Source: Marine group II euryarchaeote REDSEA-S11_B3N4
Lineage (GTDB): Archaea > Thermoplasmatota > Poseidoniia > Poseidoniales > Thalassarchaeaceae
Assembly (NCBI GenBank): GCA_001628485.1
Contig: LURR01000017.1
Coordinates: 2,599 to 66,598, forward strand
Length of the DNA: 64,000 bases
Reading direction: 5' to 3'
Shown: positions 56,901 to 64,000 of the stretch, piece by piece
Layout of the letters: the number at the start of each line of letters is the position of its first letter
Position numbering within the stretch: the first letter of the stretch is position 1
Translations under genes and position numbers: made by a program
The notes under the pieces: model-generated
Seen by the model: the letters and a program-made list of their open reading frames with translations, nothing else
What the model was told of the DNA's origin: nothing
The model's database searches: none

Positions 56901-57202
56901 CTCCGATAGTCGGAGTTAACACCTTCACTGACGAGGACTCAGCCACTCCATCGGCCGATGATTTCGACTTGGACGTCACAAGATCTGACGAGGAGGAGAA
57001 AATGAAGGTCATCGCAAGGAACGCAGAATTCAGAGAGGCCCACTCTAAAGAGGCTGCGGAGGGACTTTCCAAGCTGAAGAATACGGCGCGCGAGGGAGGC
57101 AACCTGTTCGAGGTAATGATGGAAATCGTAGAACACTGCTCAGTGGGCCAGGTCACCCAGGCCCTTTTCGAGAGCGGGGGGAAGTTCAGAAGGAACATGT
57201 GA
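53966..57202 (+). CDS. icmF: Fused isobutyryl-CoA mutase IcmF-type protein (B12-binding domain + MeaB-like G3E GTPase + acyl-CoA mutase TIM-barrel)
   Basis: B12 domain [25 protein letters not shown] (DxHxxG). MeaB P-loop [13 protein letters not shown] and LATDPTR. About 600-aa mutase substrate domain. ORF opens at 53825; the Met at 53966 has an upstream AGGGGG. Confidence 0.85.
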   Translation: [1078 protein letters not shown]

Positions 57203-57340
57203 TGAGCCCATCAAACGGCGTTTTCAGAGGCATGGCCTAATCGGTATGAAAATCGTCTGACTGCCTCAACGTTCTTAACCCCAAATGGAACGACTGACGT
57301 TGTTGTCGGAGATTTATTTCCCGGTGACTGAGGTGAAGGG

Positions 57341-60300
57341 ATGCATCTAGTCAGGATTGAGGTCGAGAACTTCAAGTCATTCGGAGGCAGCACAACTATC
57401 CCTTTCGAGCAGGGCTTCACGGCCATCACGGGGCCCAATGGGAGTGGGAAATCAAACTGCGGAGACGCCATAGGCTTCGTCCTAGGTCCCAAATCTACAC
57501 GCTCACTCAGGGCGTCAAACGTATCAGAGCTAATCTTCAACGGCGGGAAGACGGGAAGCCCCGCAAAACACATGTCGGCCACTCTTGTTTTCAGCAACAC
57601 CCCGGAGGTCGGCGGACGGAGACGGCTGAGATCAGACTCGGACGAGGTCTCCTTCACCAGGAGCGTGCGACTCAACAGGAAGGGGGATCCAGTCACATCA
57701 TACAGAATAAACGACAATCCCTCAACTGCTACGGAGATGCGTAGGATACTCTCCGAGGCAGGATTGAGGGGCGAGGGCTACAACATAGTACTACAGGGGG
57801 ACGTGACAAACCTGGCAACCATGACCCCCCACAAGAGGAGAGGGGTGCTTGAGGAGGTAGCCGGGGTAACTGCTTACGACGAGGAGATAAGGAAGGCCAA
57901 CACACAGAGAAAGCACGTCGAGAGCAACATAGAGACGATAGATATCTTCGAGGCGGACCAGAAGGGGAGGCTCCAGGAACTCGAGAAGGAAAGGGAGCAG
58001 GCCCTGAAATTCAAGGAACTGAAGGGAGAAGCAGATCTCGCCCGACTCACTCTGGAGCAGTCAAGGCATAGGAACAGAGAAGGCGAGGTCTCACTCCTAA
58101 CGGAGGAGAGATCCAACTACGTTTCCAAGGTGCAACAACTCTCCAGCGAGATGACCGAGTCTAGCACGACCCTCGACGAATTCGACAAGGAACTCGTCCG
58201 ACTCGGTAGAGAGCTAGAGGGCGTCCTGGGAGGGGATGCCAAGGAAATAATCGACAAGATCAGGCAGCACGAGATAGACCTCGAAACCGCAGCAGACAGA
58301 ATCGGGGATCACAACCGAATGATCGAGAGATCCGACGAGGAGGCGCAGATACTAGTCAAGGAGAGAGAGGGGGCAGAAAATGCCCGTTCCCAGGCCGAGC
58401 AGAAAATCTCCGACCTGCACCAGTCAGTCTCAGACTCGAAGGAGGATCTGAAAAGGGCCGCTAGAGAGGAAGAAGAGGCCAGGAAGGCCATCGAGTCGGG
58501 AGACAAGCACGGTAGGGACCTAAACAGGGCCCTAGGTAAGGCAACAGAGGCGGAACAGTCAGCGAGCAATGCATTCGCCCAAGCACAATTGGATTACGAT
58601 CGCGCGAACCAAAGATCACAGATCGCATCTGAGAAACTTGCTGACATCGAGCAATCGTTCGAGGCAGCCGAACTTGAGAGGGACGACCACTCCCTATTGG
58701 GGGAGGATCTAGAGAAAACCAGTCCCGAGACCAGTAGGGAGGAACTAGCCAAGGAACTAATGAGCCTTCAGAAGCAGGAGAGGTCCCTAGTCGAAGATAG
58801 GGATAGGGCCGAGTCGAAGCTCAGGAACGCGGAGACGGGCCTGGCGAAGGCCAAGGCAAGGATCGAGGCTCGTTCCAGTACCCCTGGCTCGGCGCACACC
58901 CTCGCAGCCCTGTCACGCCTAAGGGAGAGCGGCGAGATCCATGGGATACTTGGAACCCTGGGCGAACTAGCCACGCCAAAGGACCCCTCTCACGAGGAGG
59001 CCCTATCATTCGCATTCGGGGGCGGGCTAAGGAGCATCGTAGTCACCTCTGACCATGTCGCCTCAAAGTGCATATCCTGGCTTCGAAAGAACGGAGGTGG
59101 GAGAGCAACATTCCTTCCTCTGAACAAACTATCAGTATCCAGGCCCCAGGGAAGGACCCTCCTAGTGGCGAGGAATCCGGGAGTGGTCGGTTTCGTCCAT
59201 GACCTGCTGGAGTTCGACCCCGGAGTTGAGACTGCAGTCAGATACGCCGGGAGAAACACGCTGGTGGTCGACTCAATGGATGTTGCCAGGGATAACATGG
59301 GCGGTGTACGCATGGTCACTCTGGATGGCTCAGTAATAGAGAGCTCAGGGGCAATGACCGGGGGTTCCTCCTCCAGGAAGGACCGACCTAGGTTCGATGG
59401 TTCCGGCGCTGGCAGCTCGGGAATAGAAAGGATGGAGATGGCAGTTCAGGAGGCTGACCTACTATTCTCCACCGTTGACGGGGCGCTTCGGGAGCTGAGA
59501 AGGAACCAGCAAGAACTACGAGACACGATCCACGGCCTAGACAATGACGACCACTCCGTCAGGGTCAGAAACTGGAAGGCCGATATGGAGAGGTCGGAGA
59601 AAGCCGTCCGAGAAATCAAGTCCAAGCTCAGGGCAGCCAACAAGGAACTCGAGGATTGCGAATCTGAGAGGGCTCTTCTGTCCGAGGCCCGCGAAGAGGC
59701 AAGAGCGGAAATGGACAGGTCCTCACAGGCCAGAGCCAGAGCGGCTGAGGAGCTCCAGAGTCACACGCCCGATCACCTCTCCGACAAACTCAGGGAGGCA
59801 GAGCGGGCTAGGACGGAGGCAGAAAGGACTAGGGTGATGTCTGAGGCCTCAATAGAAACCTCGACGCAACAACTCGAGATCCTCGTCGACAGGGTCGCAG
59901 AATTGGACAGGCAGTTGAACTCCCAGAAAGAATCAGCATCCAAGGCGAAGAAGGCCATCGCCGAACTAGAGTCCGGAATCAGGGAATCCGAGACCGAACT
60001 AGTCGAGTTGAGGGAGCAGGCCTCTCAATTCGACGAAGAACAGAAGGCCCTGAACGAGAAGAGAGACGAACTAGTAGAGGAGAGAGCAAGCCTGAGGGCC
60101 CACCTAGAGAGGATATCCCAGGAGCGGCAGAACATCTCTGGAAGACTAGAGGAAATAAGTGTACAAATCAAGCAGAAGCGCGAGGCTCTGGATGAGATCG
60201 TAGCCGAATTGGAGGCTGCAGGAATCCCCATCCCGTCCGAGGACGTGCAACTGCCAACAGTCGTGGAGGCGGAGCGGAGCGTGCAGGGGCTCGAGCGCCG

Positions 60301-61246
60301 CCTCCGCGCCCTCGGGGACGTGAACATGCTCGCCATAGAGCAGTACGAGACCGCTGCCTCCCGTATCACAGAACTGATCGCAGATGGGAAGCTGCTCAGG
60401 TCGAGGAGGGACGAACTCTCAACCATTGCCGACCAACTGGAAGACGAACGAAGGACCCGCCTCCTGAACGTATTCACCCACGTCAACAACAACTTCCGCC
60501 GCGTGTACGAGATACTCCAGCCAACAGGAAAGGGCGAACTGAAACTGGAGAACATGGACAACCCATTCGAAGGGGGCCTGGAAATGGCTTGTGTTCCCCC
60601 CGGCAAGAGCCAGAACACCAGGAGGACCGCTCTTTCAGGAGGGGAGAAGTCGATGGCGGCGCTGGCACTGATTTTCGCCATCCAAGACTACGAGCCAAGC
60701 CCATTCTACTACTTCGACGAGGTCGACCAGAATCTTGACCCCTTCAACTCCGAGAAGATAGCAGCCCTCTGCAGAATGAGGAGCGGGATGGCACAGTTCA
60801 TCATGGTCACACTCAGAAAGGTTAGCCTGACCCTGGCCGACCACCACATCGGAATCACTCACGCAGGCAATGGCTGTAGCCAGAGGATTACCGACTTCGA
60901 CAGGGCGGCAGCATTAGACTTGAGCGAGGAGATAGAGGCCGAGGAGAAGGCAAGAGCAGCCTCAGAGGCCGAGAAGAAGTCCATGCCCGAGCTACCATCA
61001 CCCGAAGAAATGCCTCGAGCCCCCGAACCACTACCCACTCCATCCAGCTTGGGAGGGCTGGCTGACAGAGCCGGAGTAGAGGTGCCGGACGAGGGTGAAA
61101 CAAGCGAGTCAGAAGACGAATTGAAGGGACTCAGGGAGCGAACCGAGGAGGTATCAGAAACAATCGGGGAACACTCGGACGCGCGAGAGGACAACGAAGA
61201 GCCCAAAATCCAATCGGAAATAGAAACCAAGGAGAGAGCCCTGTGA
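57341..61246 (+). CDS. smc: Chromosome segregation protein SMC with ~130-aa acidic C-terminal extension
   Basis: Walker A GPNGSGKSN. Long coiled coils. Hinge GILGTLGELATP...FAFGGGLRSIVV. Signature LSGGEKSMAALALIFAIQ. Walker B YYFDEVDQNLD. Confidence 0.9.
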   Translation: MHLVRIEVENFKSFGGSTTIPFEQGFTAITGPNGSGKSNCGDAIGFVLGPKSTRSLRASNVSELIFNGGKTGSPAKHMSATLVFSNTPEVGGRRRLRSDSDEVSFTRSVRLNRKGDPVTSYRINDNPSTATEMRRILSEAGLRGEGYNIVLQGDVTNLATMTPHKRRGVLEEVAGVTAYDEEIRKANTQRKHVESNIETIDIFEADQKGRLQELEKEREQALKFKELKGEADLARLTLEQSRHRNREGEVSLLTEERSNYVSKVQQLSSEMTESSTTLDEFDKELVRLGRELEGVLGGDAKEIIDKIRQHEIDLETAADRIGDHNRMIERSDEEAQILVKEREGAENARSQAEQKISDLHQSVSDSKEDLKRAAREEEEARKAIESGDKHGRDLNRALGKATEAEQSASNAFAQAQLDYDRANQRSQIASEKLADIEQSFEAAELERDDHSLLGEDLEKTSPETSREELAKELMSLQKQERSLVEDRDRAESKLRNAETGLAKAKARIEARSSTPGSAHTLAALSRLRESGEIHGILGTLGELATPKDPSHEEALSFAFGGGLRSIVVTSDHVASKCISWLRKNGGGRATFLPLNKLSVSRPQGRTLLVARNPGVVGFVHDLLEFDPGVETAVRYAGRNTLVVDSMDVARDNMGGVRMVTLDGSVIESSGAMTGGSSSRKDRPRFDGSGAGSSGIERMEMAVQEADLLFSTVDGALRELRRNQQELRDTIHGLDNDDHSVRVRNWKADMERSEKAVREIKSKLRAANKELEDCESERALLSEAREEARAEMDRSSQARARAAEELQSHTPDHLSDKLREAERARTEAERTRVMSEASIETSTQQLEILVDRVAELDRQLNSQKESASKAKKAIAELESGIRESETELVELREQASQFDEEQKALNEKRDELVEERASLRAHLERISQERQNISGRLEEISVQIKQKREALDEIVAELEAAGIPIPSEDVQLPTVVEAERSVQGLERRLRALGDVNMLAIEQYETAASRITELIADGKLLRSRRDELSTIADQLEDERRTRLLNVFTHVNNNFRRVYEILQPTGKGELKLENMDNPFEGGLEMACVPPGKSQNTRRTALSGGEKSMAALALIFAIQDYEPSPFYYFDEVDQNLDPFNSEKIAALCRMRSGMAQFIMVTLRKVSLTLADHHIGITHAGNGCSQRITDFDRAAALDLSEEIEAEEKARAASEAEKKSMPELPSPEEMPRAPEPLPTPSSLGGLADRAGVEVPDEGETSESEDELKGLRERTEEVSETIGEHSDAREDNEEPKIQSEIETKERAL

Positions 61247-62238
61247 TATTCGGAGAGCAGATGAGGGATGATGTTGTGCTCCGCCTTCTAGACGGACAGT
61301 CAAGCCTGGAGACCAGCAAGTTCCTGGACAGGCTAATGGAACTCTCAACCCTCGAGGAGGCCGAGCACCAGTTCCTCGTCGACCCATTCGACAGATCCGT
61401 CGCTCTGGTCTTCCAGATGTTCCAGTCAAGCGACCTAGACCCATGGGACGTCGATCTATCCAGCTTCATCGAGATGTTCAACGAACGAATAGACAAGGCC
61501 GAGAACATTGACCTCCCATCCTGTGGTAGGATGATTAGGATGGCATGGTCAATACTCAGGGGCCAAGCCAACACCCTGATTGACCGCCAGGAGAGGGCGA
61601 TGGATTTCGAGGAGGAAGTCGAATGGGACTTCGAAGGGGGCTGGGAGGCAGAGTTCGATGATGACGAGTACAACTTCTCCCTTGGCGTAATGACCGGGGC
61701 CGCTGACGAAGCCCTCCCGTCCATCTTTGAAGGGAGGATTCACCGAGACGAGGGTCGCCCCGTCACATTGGGAGAGCTACTTCTGGGGCTACAGGATGCC
61801 AGCAGGCTAGCCGAGGAACAGAGGACGAGGGAGAGGATCGCGAAGGAGCGAAGGGAAGCTCACGACAGGGCCAGAGAGAGGTTCAGTGGCAGCCTTCACG
61901 TCGAAGATCTGGAAGGGGACCTGAAGAGGACATGGCAGGCACTGAAGGCCAGGACCCGTCGGTCCGACTCCATATCCCTCTCAGACGTGGCGAACGAAAT
62001 GAACCGCGACTCAATCCTCCAGGGTCTCGAAGAGGAGGAAGCGATCGCGGAATCGCAGGTCACTGCTTTCGTATCCACTCTTTTCCTGACAAACCGAGGC
62101 TACATTTCACTCGGACAAGAGAGCGGTTACAATGGACAGATCGTCCTCAAGGACCTATGGGGCGAGTCGGAGGATTACGATGAACTAACCCAGAGGCTAC
62201 ACCCAACGGCAGATCCGACGGGGGCGCAGAATGTCTGA
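61243..62238 (+). CDS. scpA: Segregation and condensation protein A (kleisin)
   Basis: Position after smc. ScpA-like N-terminus with SDLDPWDVDLSSF. Winged-helix C-terminus. GTG start overlaps the smc stop (GTGA). Confidence 0.7.
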   Translation: MIFGEQMRDDVVLRLLDGQSSLETSKFLDRLMELSTLEEAEHQFLVDPFDRSVALVFQMFQSSDLDPWDVDLSSFIEMFNERIDKAENIDLPSCGRMIRMAWSILRGQANTLIDRQERAMDFEEEVEWDFEGGWEAEFDDDEYNFSLGVMTGAADEALPSIFEGRIHRDEGRPVTLGELLLGLQDASRLAEEQRTRERIAKERREAHDRARERFSGSLHVEDLEGDLKRTWQALKARTRRSDSISLSDVANEMNRDSILQGLEEEEAIAESQVTAFVSTLFLTNRGYISLGQESGYNGQIVLKDLWGESEDYDELTQRLHPTADPTGAQNV

Positions 62239-62851
62239 CCCCGAACTTCCGACGGTACTGGAGGCCATACTTTTCGGGTCCGGGCGCTCCATGTCACTAG
62301 AGGAACTCTCCGAGATGCTGGGAGAGCCGAAGGGAGTGATCCACGTGGGGCTATCCAACCTTAGGAAGAGGATAGATCAGAGGGAGGGTGGCGCCATACA
62401 ACTTTCCGACGTCTCTGGGAGGTGGATCCTGGAGGTCAAGCCGGAACTATCCTCCTTCCTTCCGGAGACCTTCAGGGCCGATATCCCCCAGAGGCTACTT
62501 CCCGCAGCAGCCCTCATTGCCTACCACCAGCCGATGGCTCAGTCCCAACTTGTTGACATGCTCGGACAGAGGGCATACGATCACGTAAGGGACCTCTCAT
62601 CGATGGGCCTCATAGACAGGAGGAGGGACGGGCTCACTCGCCGCCTCACCACGACCAGAAGATTCGCAGAGTACTTCGGATGCCCAGAGGTCGAGTTCAG
62701 GAAGGTGAGGGCATGGTTCAGGGCCGAGGCCAGCAACATGGGCCTCTCCAGCGCAGAGCTGGCCGCATCGCTAGCTCCCGACGAGCAGATGACGATATCC
62801 GAGTACGCCGAGGAGGAAGCCCCAGAGGTGGAAGCAGGGATGGAGGATTGA
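62231..62851 (+). CDS. scpB: Segregation and condensation protein B
   Basis: VLEAILFGSGRSMSLEELSEML (ScpB wHTH), second wH AALIAYHQPMAQSQLVDMLG. Overlaps the scpA end. Confidence 0.75.
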   Translation: MSDPELPTVLEAILFGSGRSMSLEELSEMLGEPKGVIHVGLSNLRKRIDQREGGAIQLSDVSGRWILEVKPELSSFLPETFRADIPQRLLPAAALIAYHQPMAQSQLVDMLGQRAYDHVRDLSSMGLIDRRRDGLTRRLTTTRRFAEYFGCPEVEFRKVRAWFRAEASNMGLSSAELAASLAPDEQMTISEYAEEEAPEVEAGMED

Positions 62852-63613
62852 TTACTCTCTCCCTGAGTGCAAACTATCGTAAAGAAGAGCCACCTCAAGA
62901 AGGACAAGCATCGGGCCACCCACGAGGAACAGGGAAATCGGGTCAGGAGGGGATATCAATGCTCCGAGGAATAGAGCTGCGAACCAAATCAAACCCCTGT
63001 TCTCCACTATGGAACTCCTGCTAATGGCCCCCGACCGCAATAGCATAATCGTCACAATTGGGACCTGGAAGCCAATGATAGATGAGAAGTAAAGGCCAGT
63101 TACAAATCCCACCCAGGACTGCAACTGCCAAGTGTTTAGCAGGCCGGATGCCTCAGAGTCATCGGCCAGATACTCCAGGAGGAATGGAATCAGAACATTG
63201 TGCGCATAAGCAAGCCCCAGTCCGCCTAGTACCAACATTATTGCTAGTGCCATTATGGCTCTTGAAGTACCAACACCTGCTGATCTGCGTTTAGTCGAAT
63301 CGGAGGGAGCGCTCCGGCTCAACCAAGCAAGATCCAGAACTATCGTTGCCACCGTCATCCCGAATGCGATCTGTGCAGCTATTCTTAGTTGCAGCAGAAT
63401 CACCTCGAGGGGCTGCAGAATGATCACCTCGACCCCATCTGGGACGTATCCTTCGGACTCCAGAAGCCATTGGATGACCTCTCCTCCTATCGGATACCCT
63501 ACCACGAAACCCAAGGTGAAAACTCCGAGGTACAGCTTCCTACGCCTATCGAGATGTGCAGTAATCCATTGAAAAATCGGACTGTCAAATGCCCCCAAAA
63601 ACCCCTCGCCCAT
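62852..63613 (-). CDS. tatC: Sec-independent (Tat) protein translocase subunit TatC
   Basis: 6 TM helices. TatC signature FLGALISPPDPISLFLVGGPMLVLLE. Confidence 0.75.
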   Translation of the reverse strand: MGEGFLGAFDSPIFQWITAHLDRRRKLYLGVFTLGFVVGYPIGGEVIQWLLESEGYVPDGVEVIILQPLEVILLQLRIAAQIAFGMTVATIVLDLAWLSRSAPSDSTKRRSAGVGTSRAIMALAIMLVLGGLGLAYAHNVLIPFLLEYLADDSEASGLLNTWQLQSWVGFVTGLYFSSIIGFQVPIVTIMLLRSGAISRSSIVENRGLIWFAALFLGALISPPDPISLFLVGGPMLVLLEVALLYDSLHSGRE

Positions 63614-63656
63614 GTCACAGGATAGGCATCACATTGGTGAATTCATCGATAGAGTG

Positions 63657-64000
63657 TCATGACTTCCTTAGTATCACCGTCAGTAGATCTTCATCCTTCA
63701 GTTGATGATCCAAGCCAACTCTCTGCCAGTCGAATTTCGCACTTGGCCCCTTGACTCGTGCATAGCGGAATTTCCTCAGAAAATCTCGATGTAGTTTAGC
63801 ACAGACGTCCCTGACCGTGGAAGTGTCCTTCACGATCAGTGGCTCTATCATATCCGCCTCTTGCCCTTGTGGCTTAAGGAAAATAGACATGAAGCCTAGA
63901 TTGTCGAAGATGAAGTCCTTCATCTCCTCTATCCCCTCCCCGGTCTTGGCCGAGACGTTGAGAACCGGCCATCCTTCTGGTAAGCCGTCATAGGCCCTCC
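63657..64000 (-). CDS. Developmentally-regulated/Obg-like GTPase (DRG family), 3' part with TGS domain; 5' end beyond window
   Basis: Frame stays open to the window end: ...GLPEGWPVLNVSAKTGEGIEEMKDF.... TGS-domain pattern VRDVCAKLHRDFLRKFRYARVKGPSAKFDWQRVGLDHQLKDEDLLTVI. Confidence 0.7.
   Translation of the reverse strand, partial: RAYDGLPEGWPVLNVSAKTGEGIEEMKDFIFDNLGFMSIFLKPQGQEADMIEPLIVKDTSTVRDVCAKLHRDFLRKFRYARVKGPSAKFDWQRVGLDHQLKDEDLLTVILRKS

Noticed and set aside
57203-57340. 138-bp icmF-smc spacer with GUAUGAA...CUGA...CUGA elements, considered as a C/D box sRNA
   Set aside because: The C box is imperfect, no C' box is found, and spacing is inconsistent with guide-duplex geometry. Not supportable without folding and profile tools.
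1-64000. CRISPR arrays, rRNA genes, transposases/IS elements, toxin-antitoxin or restriction-modification pairs
   Set aside because: I scanned for short regularly spaced direct repeats, rRNA-like conserved stretches and transposase or nuclease motifs in all ORFs. None was found.

Overview
This is a densely coding (~90%) chromosomal segment of an archaeon, with no mobile elements, CRISPR arrays or rRNA genes. The archaeal assignment rests on gene content read directly from the translations:
- a complete A1AO ATP synthase operon (atpH-I-K-E-C-F-A-B-D, minus strand, 9.9-18.5 kb);
- PCNA, TFS, the Nop5-fibrillarin pair, RPA plus an RPA-associated protein, RFC small subunit, Pelota, GatD, and SMC-ScpA-ScpB;
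- an intron-containing tRNA-Met(CAT) and a tRNA-Phe(GAA);
- isoprenoid-lipid genes (GGPP synthase, geranylgeranyl reductase, UbiE/MenG).

The lineage guess (Thermoplasmatota / Marine-Group-II-like) is inference only. Many bacterial-type genes are interspersed: Fpg, RNase PH, CspA, a SMUG-family uracil glycosylase, a LigB-type dioxygenase pair, RidA, IcmF, FadD, LysE, YbaK and an aquaporin. Metabolism and housekeeping genes fill the rest: PanB, PanE, AroE, a PccB-like carboxyltransferase, MogA, TatC, FKBP/SlyD, and a 5'-partial DRG GTPase at the window end.

No canonical defence system or phage element is visible. The stretches that the known genes do not explain are:
- a frameshifted M50-like apparent pseudo-protease carrying a large sequon-rich ectodomain (7.5-9.8 kb);
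- a divergent HemC-like protein next to a triple-SAP-domain protein (21.4-23.6 kb);
- a 1223-aa all-transmembrane giant protein beside tRNA-Phe (28.0-31.7 kb);
- an APC permease fused to an EF-hand pair;
- a LigB-alpha/LigB-beta/RidA module that resembles a 2-aminophenol-type ring-cleavage unit;
- a geranylgeranyl reductase gene with no canonical start codon.
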